Positions 55,986 through 64,000 of a stretch of DNA of 64,000 nt are shown one piece after another. Every line of letters begins with the position of its first letter. Within the stretch, counting starts at the first letter, position 1. Below the pieces are notes generated by a model. The model was given only the letters and a program-made list of their open reading frames with translations. It was not told where the DNA came from and did no database searches. The DNA is from an uncultured virus (IMG/VR IMGVR_UViG_3300032093_000120) (lineage: Duplodnaviria; Heunggongvirae; Uroviricota; Caudoviricetes): IMG/VR virus record IMGVR_UViG_3300032093_000120; one strand, 5' to 3'. Made by a program: the position numbers and the translations under genes.

Positions 55986-56929
55986 TGGCAAACACTTCCG
56001 GTTTAACAGCGTTTAACCTTGACCTCACCGAACTGGTTGAGGAAGCGTTTGAACGCGCCGGTAGTGAACTACGCACTGGCTATGACATGCGCACCGCCAG
56101 ACGCAGTTTAAACATCATGTTTGCCGACTGGGCAAACCGTGGCATTAACCTGTGGACAATTGAACAGGGAAGCATCAACCTAGTCCAAGGCCAGAACACC
56201 TACCCACTGCCTAACGACACCATAGACCTGCTGGAGCATGTCATACGCACTGGTGGTAATGAGGCCTCAACACAGGCAGACCTGACGATCACGCGGATCA
56301 GCGTAAGCACTTACGCAACCATCCCTAACAAGATTCAACAGGCCAGACCCATCCAGATTTGGATTCAACGCTATAACGGGCAGACCACACCGGTTGCTTG
56401 TACGCTAACAACCACAATCACAAGTACATCCACAACCATTGTGGTAGACGACGTTACGGGTTTACCCGCAGCAGGCTTTATCAAGATTGATAACGAGATT
56501 ATCAATTACGGGTACATCACTCAAAATACAAACGCTGTATCAGGAACGCTATACAACTGCTTCCGTGGTCAGCAAAACACCATAGCCGCTGCGCACAATG
56601 CGGCAGCAACCGTGTATTGGCAGCAAGTGCCTGCTGTTACCGTCTGGCCTACACCCGACAACGCACAGCAATATACGCTGTACTACTGGCGTCTGCGCAG
56701 AACACAGGACGCAGGCGGTGGCGTAAACATTATGGACGTTCCTTTCCGTTTCATACCCTGTATGGCGGCTGGCTTGTCTTATTACATTGCTGGAAAGGTG
56801 CCAACCGGAATGGAGCGCCTTCCTGTTCTAAAACAACAATATGACGAGGCATGGGAGTTAGCCGCTTATGAAGACCATGAGAAGGCAGCCCTGCGCTTAG
56901 TTCCTAGACAGACCTACATTGGGAGGTAG
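55985..56929 (+). CDS. Head-tail connector / tail tubular protein A-like
   Basis: 'EEAFERAG...GYD.RTARRSLN..FADWANRG.NLWT', 'VWPTPD', 'DVPFRF.PC..AGL.YY'. Confidence 0.6.
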   Translation: MANTSGLTAFNLDLTELVEEAFERAGSELRTGYDMRTARRSLNIMFADWANRGINLWTIEQGSINLVQGQNTYPLPNDTIDLLEHVIRTGGNEASTQADLTITRISVSTYATIPNKIQQARPIQIWIQRYNGQTTPVACTLTTTITSTSTTIVVDDVTGLPAAGFIKIDNEIINYGYITQNTNAVSGTLYNCFRGQQNTIAAAHNAAATVYWQQVPAVTVWPTPDNAQQYTLYYWRLRRTQDAGGGVNIMDVPFRFIPCMAAGLSYYIAGKVPTGMERLPVLKQQYDEAWELAAYEDHEKAALRLVPRQTYIGR

Positions 56930-56931
56930 TC

Positions 56932-57360
56932 TTGGGTAATCGGTTTGCATCCGGCAAGAACGCAATTGCGGAATGTGACCGCTGTGGGTTTCGGTTTAAG
57001 TTGAAGGTGTTGAAGACGGAGATCATCAAGTTAAAGAGATACGACTTGTTGGTATGTCCTCAGTGCTGGGACCCAGACCATCCCCAGTTGCAGTTGGGCA
57101 TGTTTCCTGTGGATGATCCTCAGGCTCTGCGTAACCCCCGACCAGATCGGAGTTACGTAGTATCAGGAACAAGTGGGTTGCAAACGGATGTCAACGGTGG
57201 CACAACACAAAGTGGCACTGGGACAAACGAAGGGGGCAGCAGAATCTTTCAATGGGGCTGGAATCCTGTTGGTGGGGCAAGCAGTTTTGATGCATCTTTA
57301 ACGCCAAATAACTTGGCCTTATCGGTGCAATTGGGTACAGTAACGGTTAGCGTAACTTAG
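56932..57360 (+). CDS. Zn-ribbon-containing hypothetical protein
   Basis: 'CDRCGFR...VCPQCWDPDHPQL...DPQALRNPRPD'. Confidence 0.6.
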   Translation: MGNRFASGKNAIAECDRCGFRFKLKVLKTEIIKLKRYDLLVCPQCWDPDHPQLQLGMFPVDDPQALRNPRPDRSYVVSGTSGLQTDVNGGTTQSGTGTNEGGSRIFQWGWNPVGGASSFDASLTPNNLALSVQLGTVTVSVT

Positions 57361-57369
57361 GAGCTAAAA

Positions 57370-57558
57370 ATGGATAAAGCAGATTTAAAACAAGACAAAA
57401 AAATGATTGCTAGTGCAGTGCATAAGCATGAAAAAAGGTTACATCAAGGCATGGCTCCAACCAAGTTTAAAAACGGTGGAGTAGCCGGCGTGTCTGGAGA
57501 AGCAATGAAAGCGGTAGGCCGCAACATGGCACGTGCAAACAACCAAAGAGGTCGTTAA
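57370..57558 (+). CDS. Small basic protein
   Basis: AGGAG RBS; 'FKNGG' motif. Confidence 0.55.
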   Translation: MDKADLKQDKKMIASAVHKHEKRLHQGMAPTKFKNGGVAGVSGEAMKAVGRNMARANNQRGR

Positions 57559-57559
57559 T

Positions 57560-57838
57560 ATGGCTAAATTTAGTATGAAACAAGGTGGCAAAGAAGTTGG
57601 CCCAGCCAGCGTCTATGCTAAACCACACACCATGTCTGGCAAAGCCTCAGGCTCAGACATTGCGTACAAAAAAGACCCTAACAACATGTCTGCCGAGCAG
57701 TCTACCCCCGGTGGTATGCCGTCTAAGCGAGTGAGTGCTGGCAACCCAGCAAACACCAACACTAAGACTACCGGCATCAAGATGCGTGGTACAGGTGCGG
57801 CGACTAAAGGCGTGATGTCACGCGGACCGATGGCATGA
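57560..57838 (+). CDS. Small basic protein
   Basis: Likely start MAKFSMKQGG; ends 'RGTGAATKG..SRGPMA'. Confidence 0.55.
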   Translation: MAKFSMKQGGKEVGPASVYAKPHTMSGKASGSDIAYKKDPNNMSAEQSTPGGMPSKRVSAGNPANTNTKTTGIKMRGTGAATKGVMSRGPMA

Positions 57839-58539
57839 CCTATACGGAATTAATAACAGCGATTCAAACGTATACAGAAAATACGTTTCCCGCCACCACC
57901 TTGGCGGATAGCACAGTTGTGTCTTCAACGACGCAATTGAATCGCTTTATTACTCAGGCTGAACAGCGTATATACAACTCTGTTCAGTTTCCGTCTTTGC
58001 GCAAGAACGTGACAGGTAGCGTGACTTCCGGCAATAAGTACTTATCTGCCCCCGAAGATTACTTGGCTACCTACTCTCTGGCTGTGATTGATGCCACAGG
58101 AAACTATGAGTACCTGCTAAACAAGGATGTGAACTTCATCCGTCAGGCGTATCCCAATCCAACCACGGACACAGGCCTTCCTAGATACTACGCACTGTTT
58201 GGTCCAACTGTTAACACCAGCACAATTACCAATGAACTCTCTTTCATTGTGGGACCGACGCCTGATGCGTCTTATTCTGTGGAACTGCATTACTACTATT
58301 ACCCCGTGTCAATCACTGTTGCAGCCTCTGGTCAGACTTGGCTGGGCGATAACTTTGACACAGTCCTCTTGTATGGCTCACTTGTTGAAGCGTATACCTA
58401 CATGAAGGGCGAGGCAGACATGATTGGCTTGTACGACACCAAGTACAAGGAAGCACTCGCATTGGCTAAACGCCTTGGAGATGGAATGGAGCGTCAGGAT
58501 GCTTATCGTTCTGGTCAATTTAGGCAGGCGGTGACTTGA
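57835..58539 (+). CDS. Head-tail adaptor-like protein
   Basis: 'MTY.EL..AIQ.YTEN', 'FI.QAE.RI', 'GPTPD..Y.VELHY', 'LLYGSLVEA..YMK'. Confidence 0.65.
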   Translation: MTYTELITAIQTYTENTFPATTLADSTVVSSTTQLNRFITQAEQRIYNSVQFPSLRKNVTGSVTSGNKYLSAPEDYLATYSLAVIDATGNYEYLLNKDVNFIRQAYPNPTTDTGLPRYYALFGPTVNTSTITNELSFIVGPTPDASYSVELHYYYYPVSITVAASGQTWLGDNFDTVLLYGSLVEAYTYMKGEADMIGLYDTKYKEALALAKRLGDGMERQDAYRSGQFRQAVT

Positions 58540-58982
58540 TGGCTTTTACGGGTAACTTCACCACCAATACATTTTTAATTGGACTGCTAGACGGTGCATT
58601 TGATTTTGGTACTGGTACTTCTCAGGTATATAAGATTGCCTTGTACACCAACGCTGCCACGCTAGATGCGACCACCACAGCCTACACAAGCACAGGCGAA
58701 ACCTCTGGCGGTAACTATGCGGCTGGTGGGCAGGTGTTAGCCGTATCTCAAGTTCCAACAATTGGAAACCAAACAGGCGCGGCAACCGCGTATCTGTCTT
58801 TTACAAACGCTGCATGGACAGGTGCAATCACCGCAAGAGGTGCGTTGATTTACTTGGCTAATGGCACAACAAACCCCGCCGTATGCGTGCTGGATTTTGG
58901 CTCAGACAAGTCCAGTGCTAATACATTCACCGTACAATTCCCGGCAGTCACTAACACGTCTGCAATCATCCGCATCTCATAG
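58536..58982 (+). CDS. Tail structural protein
   Basis: 'KIALYT..ATL.A.TTAY', 'ARGALIY', 'VLDFG.DK'. Confidence 0.6.
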   Translation: MMAFTGNFTTNTFLIGLLDGAFDFGTGTSQVYKIALYTNAATLDATTTAYTSTGETSGGNYAAGGQVLAVSQVPTIGNQTGAATAYLSFTNAAWTGAITARGALIYLANGTTNPAVCVLDFGSDKSSANTFTVQFPAVTNTSAIIRIS

Positions 58983-58990
58983 GAGAAACC

Positions 58991-59590
58991 ATGCATAAAG
59001 AACAATCCGGTTTTGGCGATAACGCTGTAGCCACACTGCAAGCAAACGCATCCATCCCTGAGGGAATGGGAGTAGAGGGCTACTATCATGTAGAGTGCCG
59101 TGACGCACAGGGTAACCTCAAGTGGGACGAAGAGTTTCCTAACTTGGTCGTTGCCGTTGGTAAAGAGTTGTTGTTGGACACCTTGCTCCGCACATCTGGT
59201 ACATACACCACTGTTGGCCCGTTCCTTGGTCTGATTAACAATAGCACTACCTTTGCAGCCGCAGACACCATGACTTCTAAGACATGGACTGAGTTGACTA
59301 CCTACACCGTGGGCGGTTCAGCAGTGCGCGGTACAGCAGTATTTGCAGCGGCTAGTTCATCTGGTCTAACTCCATCAAACGTCACTACGTCAACGGCTAC
59401 GGCTATCACCTACACAATGACAGGTTCTGCTACTGTGTATGGATGTTTCTTGGTGACAGGTACTGGCGCAGTCAGCACAATCTCTAGCACTGCGGGTACT
59501 TTGTACTCAGAAGGCAACTTCAGCACTGCCAAGACTGTTACATCTGGCGATACCGTAACTGTTACTTACTCTACTACCGCGACTTCTTAA
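58991..59590 (+). CDS. Tail structural protein
   Basis: 'G.Y.VEC.D..GN.KW....NLVV..G', T-rich. Confidence 0.55.
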   Translation: MHKEQSGFGDNAVATLQANASIPEGMGVEGYYHVECRDAQGNLKWDEEFPNLVVAVGKELLLDTLLRTSGTYTTVGPFLGLINNSTTFAAADTMTSKTWTELTTYTVGGSAVRGTAVFAAASSSGLTPSNVTTSTATAITYTMTGSATVYGCFLVTGTGAVSTISSTAGTLYSEGNFSTAKTVTSGDTVTVTYSTTATS

Positions 59591-59600
59591 GGAGTCTTAA

Positions 59601-60644
59601 ATGGCTCTAGCCCTCAATGACCGGGTACAACAGACTGGCACAGCCAACACCACGGTAAGTTTTACCTTATCTGGCTCTGTCACGGGCTTTCAATCCTTTG
59701 CCGTCGTTGGCAACGGGAATACGACTTACTATTCTTCCTTTGATGCTACGGGCAACTGGGAAGTTGGTATTGGCACGTATTCAACTACTGGCCCTACGCT
59801 CACGCGCACAACCATTCTGGCCTCCAGTAACTCTGGAACAGCGGTCACGTTTAGCGGCACAGTCAATGTCTTTGTAACTTACCCATCTGAGAAATCCGTC
59901 AACCTAGACGCATCTGATAACGTCAGTGCGTTGGGTACAGTGTCTTCTGGTACTTGGCAAGGTACAACTGTAGGCGTGGCTTATGGCGGCACGGGCGTAA
60001 CTGCTTCTAGTGGTGCTAACTCGGTGATGCTGAGAGATGCTAACCAGAACGTATCCATCAACCGTTTAAACCAATCCAACACAGCGACATCAGCGGCGGG
60101 CGGTACAACAGCCCTGACTGCGGCTTCTAGTTACTCACAGACATTGAACGGCACGGGCAACCAGACCTACACAATGCCTGACGCTACCACCCTGACTACA
60201 GGCGTAGCATTTGAGTTCAACAACAATGCAACTGGCACACTGACTCTCCAAGACTATGCGACTGGTGCTATTGGCACGGTTGCCTCTGGTGGTGCGGTTG
60301 AGCTTGTACTGCTATCTAACGGTACGGTTGGCGGAACATGGGACGTACACGGATACATTCCAGAGAACATAACTTGGGGCACTAACGCACTAAACCTTGG
60401 CTCTACGGTCATCACGGGTGGCACTTGGAACGGCGGCACTATTGCTAGTAACTATGGCGGTACAGGGCTTACAAGTTACGCCGCTGGTGACATGCTCTAT
60501 TACACATCTGGCACTGCGCTGTCTAAAGTAGGTATTGGTGCTAACGGATATATTTTGACTTCTAACGGCAGTGCGCCAACGTGGGCAGCAAATGCAAGTG
60601 CTTCAGTTGACCAAGCGTACTACCTAGCTTTTATGATGGGATAA
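59601..60644 (+). CDS. Tail fibre-like protein
   Basis: 'DRV..T', 'WEVG.GTY', 'L.R.T.L.SSN', 'VFVTYP', GGTG repeats. Confidence 0.65.
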   Translation: MALALNDRVQQTGTANTTVSFTLSGSVTGFQSFAVVGNGNTTYYSSFDATGNWEVGIGTYSTTGPTLTRTTILASSNSGTAVTFSGTVNVFVTYPSEKSVNLDASDNVSALGTVSSGTWQGTTVGVAYGGTGVTASSGANSVMLRDANQNVSINRLNQSNTATSAAGGTTALTAASSYSQTLNGTGNQTYTMPDATTLTTGVAFEFNNNATGTLTLQDYATGAIGTVASGGAVELVLLSNGTVGGTWDVHGYIPENITWGTNALNLGSTVITGGTWNGGTIASNYGGTGLTSYAAGDMLYYTSGTALSKVGIGANGYILTSNGSAPTWAANASASVDQAYYLAFMMG

Positions 60645-60647
60645 GAA

Positions 60648-60971
60648 ATGGCTACCTACACCAACGTATCGTATGGAGTAAAGAACATAAGCACTGGCGG
60701 GTCAACCGTCACTACGGTTTCTTCTGGCACATTGGCTGTAGCCAGCCTTGTGGTGTCTAACACTTCTACTTCACCCATCACCTGTGATGTCTACATTACC
60801 CGTTCGGCAGTTAACTACTATGTGGTAGAGACAGCCACTGTAGCGGTTGGCGGGTCACTAGAGGTGATTCAAGGCAACAGGATTATTCTGCAAGCAAGTG
60901 ATGCTTTGGTAGTGGTAGCCAGCGCGTCTTCTTCAGCCGATGCTTGGGTATCAGGATTGACGGTGGTCTAA
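60648..60971 (+). CDS. Small tail structural protein
   Basis: Beta-rich; 'GGSLE...IIL...D.L.V'. Confidence 0.55.
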   Translation: MATYTNVSYGVKNISTGGSTVTTVSSGTLAVASLVVSNTSTSPITCDVYITRSAVNYYVVETATVAVGGSLEVIQGNRIILQASDALVVVASASSSADAWVSGLTVV

Positions 60972-62486
60972 ATGGCATCAATCGGTAATTCCCCCACACA
61001 ACAGGCTTTCACCCCAGCCATTGATTACTTCAGTGGTAACGGTAGTACGACCGCATTCACGCTGTCTCGCCCAGTTGCGTCTGTAGCCCAAGTCCAAGTT
61101 ACGATTGACAACGTAGCCCAGAATCCTAGTTCAGCATACACAGTAAGCAGCAACACCATCACATTTACGTCTGCTCCGTTGAGCGGGACTAATAACATTT
61201 ATGTGTACTACACAAGCCCGATAACTCAGGTCATAGCACCGGGTCAGGGTACGGTGACTTCGGACAGCTTTGGAACAATTACAAACTTCACCACTACAGG
61301 AAACACCGTTCTTGGTGACGCTACTACAGACACATTGACTGTTGGCGTGACAGGGATTGTGAAAGATGCAAGTGGTAATGTGGGGATTGGTACTGCTTCG
61401 CCTACAACCTATGGCGCAACCACAAAATTAGCAGTAGTAAGTAGTAGCACGGCTGGGTCATGGCTTGTTGGCGGTTCTAATGCGGGTGCTTACGCATACT
61501 TTAGTAACAATGCCCAATCTGCTACTACAAACGTATTTCAAATAGGTCAAGGTTGGTCTACTGGCTCTGACAATTTGTGTTTTTTAAATAGCAACGGCGC
61601 AAATCCGTTAATGTTTGCTACCAATGGCTCAGAGCGTATGCGTATCGACTCCTCTGGTAATGTGCTGGTGGGGGCTACAACTCCATATTCTGGTACTGTT
61701 TCAAACCTTACCGCTACTACTGGCGTTGACATTGGTTCAAGCAGTACTGCAACATCTAAGCAGTTGCAATTTATAAGAAACGGAAGTACTGGGACTGCTG
61801 GAAATATTTATGCAACTGCTGGTAGTTTTAGTAACTACTGCGGTGTTGAGTTTGTTATTGAAAACGTAGGCGGCGGTTCACAGGCAGGTTATTTAAAATT
61901 TAATACAACCGCAAGTGCAACTTCAAACGAGCGGATGCGAATTACTTCTGGAGACAACATCCGTATTGGAATGCAAAATTACAATGCACAACCAAGTGCA
62001 TCAAATTACGGGGTTTCTCTTAACAACACCAATGCTGGATGTAACTTTTTTGCTGGGGCTAACGGAGTTCAGACGCATTTAGTATTTGGAAACCTTAATG
62101 GCGTTGTTGGCTCAGTTCAAACCAATGGTTCTAGCACCGCATTTAATACTTCTTCAGACTACCGTTTAAAAGAAGATGTGCAACCCATGACGGGGGCGTT
62201 GGCAAAAGTTGCTCGCCTTAAACCCGTTACTTATAAATGGAAAGCCGATGGCTCAGATGGTGAAGGCTTTATAGCCCATGAGTTAAAAGAAGTTTGCCCA
62301 CACGCAGTCAACGGTGAAAAAGACGAGTTAGATGAAAACGGTGATATCAAACCGCAAGGGATGGATGTTTCGTTTCTAGTAGCAACACTAACAGCGGCTA
62401 TCCAAGAACTAAAAGCAATAAACGACACACAAGCCGAAACAATCAACGCACTAACCGCTCGGATTGAAGCGCTGGAGAACAGATAA
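60972..62486 (+). CDS. Tail fibre/spike with C-terminal intramolecular chaperone (peptidase S74)
   Basis: 'GNVGIGT.SP', 'ERMRIDSSGN', 'TSSDYRLKE', 'GFIAHEL', C-terminal coiled coil. Confidence 0.85.
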   Translation: MASIGNSPTQQAFTPAIDYFSGNGSTTAFTLSRPVASVAQVQVTIDNVAQNPSSAYTVSSNTITFTSAPLSGTNNIYVYYTSPITQVIAPGQGTVTSDSFGTITNFTTTGNTVLGDATTDTLTVGVTGIVKDASGNVGIGTASPTTYGATTKLAVVSSSTAGSWLVGGSNAGAYAYFSNNAQSATTNVFQIGQGWSTGSDNLCFLNSNGANPLMFATNGSERMRIDSSGNVLVGATTPYSGTVSNLTATTGVDIGSSSTATSKQLQFIRNGSTGTAGNIYATAGSFSNYCGVEFVIENVGGGSQAGYLKFNTTASATSNERMRITSGDNIRIGMQNYNAQPSASNYGVSLNNTNAGCNFFAGANGVQTHLVFGNLNGVVGSVQTNGSSTAFNTSSDYRLKEDVQPMTGALAKVARLKPVTYKWKADGSDGEGFIAHELKEVCPHAVNGEKDELDENGDIKPQGMDVSFLVATLTAAIQELKAINDTQAETINALTARIEALENR

Positions 62487-63421
62487 TGCCTATTAGTACG
62501 ATTGGACAAAACGGGTTAAACGCCCCTATCACCCTAACTTCACCCGTAATAAACACGGTTACGTCTGCGGCGGCTACTGCGTTGACGCTTCAATCTGCTG
62601 GCACTACTGCGATTACTGTTGATACTTCACAGAATGTGGGGATTGGTGGAACACCATCAAAGAAACTACAAGTTACAAGTAGTGATGTAACAGATGGAAT
62701 ACGACTGTATTCTTCCGATAGTGGCGGTGAAGGGTTATCTCTTGAATGGATGTCTGGTTATGGGCCAAACAGAATAACAGCGGATATTGAATCTGATGCT
62801 TCTGGTGGTGGCGGTAATTTTGCTATTAGGGTTGCGGATACATCAGCAACATTACAAAACAGACTTCATATAGATAATGCTGGTAATGTTGGAATTGGGC
62901 TTACATCTCCAAGTGCAAAACTTGAAGTAAATGGACAAATTCGTCCTAGTGGTACTACCGCACAAGCAATATATATTTATGGTGCGGCTACAGTTAAGCC
63001 TTATATAACAATTAACGAATTTGGCGTAAGGTCTTGGGATATTGGTGCGGGATATTACTCAACTGGTACTTTTTCAATTCAAAGCGGTCAGGTAAATGGT
63101 GTTTATTTAGGTGCAACTGCAACATCTTGGGCATCAGCATCAGATGAGCGTCTTAAAGACATTATTGAACCTATTGATAATGCACTCACAAAAGTCAATG
63201 GTTTGCGTTCTGTTATTGGTAAATATAAAACAGATGAAGAAGGCGTAAGACGCAGTTTCTTAATTGCTCAAGACATACAAACGCAATTTCCAGAAGCACT
63301 TGAGTCATCAGACCCAGACAAATTAGGCGTTCAATACACCGATGTAATCCCTTTGCTTGTTGCATCCATTAAAGAACTCAAAGCAGAAGTAGACGCATTA
63401 AAAGCAAGGTTGACCCCATGA
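62486..63421 (+). CDS. Tail fibre/spike with C-terminal intramolecular chaperone (peptidase S74)
   Basis: 'GNVGIG..SP..KL.V', 'SDERLKDII', 'LIAQD', 'IPLLVASIKEL'. Confidence 0.85.
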   Translation: MPISTIGQNGLNAPITLTSPVINTVTSAAATALTLQSAGTTAITVDTSQNVGIGGTPSKKLQVTSSDVTDGIRLYSSDSGGEGLSLEWMSGYGPNRITADIESDASGGGGNFAIRVADTSATLQNRLHIDNAGNVGIGLTSPSAKLEVNGQIRPSGTTAQAIYIYGAATVKPYITINEFGVRSWDIGAGYYSTGTFSIQSGQVNGVYLGATATSWASASDERLKDIIEPIDNALTKVNGLRSVIGKYKTDEEGVRRSFLIAQDIQTQFPEALESSDPDKLGVQYTDVIPLLVASIKELKAEVDALKARLTP

Positions 63422-64000
63422 GTTACATAGGCAATAGCCCCATCTCAATAGCTTTCCTTGTAGACACGTTCAGCGGGACAGGCTCACAAACAGCGTTCAC
63501 CATGACGGTGGCTCCTGCCAATACGTCTTCAATCATCGTAGCGGTTACTGGTGTACTGCAAGACCCATCAACCTATTCTGTATCAGGCACAACCCTGACC
63601 TTCTCAGCCGCACCTCCAAGCGGTACAAGCAACATCAGCGTCAGATACCTTGGCATCCCAGCCAGCGGAGTAACGACCACAGCCTACAGAACCGTAACGA
63701 ACTTCACAGCGACAGCGGGACAGACATCATTCAGTGTGCCTTCCTACACCGTTGGCTACATTGATGTGTACAGAAACGGGGTACGCCTTGTATCTACAGA
63801 CTACACAGCCACTACGGGAACGACAGTAGTTCTAAACAACGCCTGCACAGTGGGAGACAGCGTAGTCACAGAGAGCTTCCTTGTCAGTTCGGTGTTGAAT
63901 GCTATTCCTGCTACTGCGGGTAGCGTGTCGGATAGTTATATTGTGAGTATGGCGGGTTCTAAGTTGACTGGAACGCAGGTAATTCCAAAGGCTACGTTGC
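63418..64000 (+). CDS. 5' part of the tail fibre gene that continues at position 1
   Basis: ATG at 63418 (ATGA overlap) reads MSYIGNSP...FTMTVAPANTSS, in frame with ORF 5..922. Confidence 0.8.
   Translation, partial: MSYIGNSPISIAFLVDTFSGTGSQTAFTMTVAPANTSSIIVAVTGVLQDPSTYSVSGTTLTFSAAPPSGTSNISVRYLGIPASGVTTTAYRTVTNFTATAGQTSFSVPSYTVGYIDVYRNGVRLVSTDYTATTGTTVVLNNACTVGDSVVTESFLVSSVLNAIPATAGSVSDSYIVSMAGSKLTGTQVIPKATL
63504..64000. repeat. Terminal overlap, copy 2 (matches 1-497)
   Basis: Direct comparison. Confidence 0.95.

Noticed and set aside
1..64000. Stop-codon reassignment
   Set aside because: Core genes are intact and densely packed under the standard code.

Overview
The window is an apparently complete tailed-phage genome of about 63.5 kb, circularly permuted: bases 1-497 recur at 63504-64000 with 17 mismatches. 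Its layout is podovirus-like. It carries tail fibres/adhesins, a lysis cassette, ejection proteins including a 3446-aa polyvalent protein, and Sak3/exonuclease/RusA recombination genes. It also has a T7-gp4-like primase-helicase, a leftward early operon (zincin, CobS/CobT-like pair), terS, a mini-LexA, terL, portal, GroES, scaffold, capsid and neck/tail genes. I recognised no integrase, DNA or RNA polymerase, tRNA or CRISPR array. Five signals are not explained by the gene list. (1) The palindrome GTTTAAAC occurs at least 50 times where about 1 is expected. (2) The giant protein is punctuated by seven [KR]LSL[KR] linkers separating ART, GP88-like and ParB-like modules downstream of a zincin peptidase, suggesting a self-processing cassette polyprotein. 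(3) An ~8-kb segment (36.0-44.05 kb) lacks common 4-bp restriction sites and is bounded by G-rich and repeat elements, suggesting a first-injected region. (4) There are three structured non-coding RNAs. (5) A recurring [FMY]xxGG motif is shared by many putative internal virion proteins. All calls come from reading motifs by eye; no searches were run.
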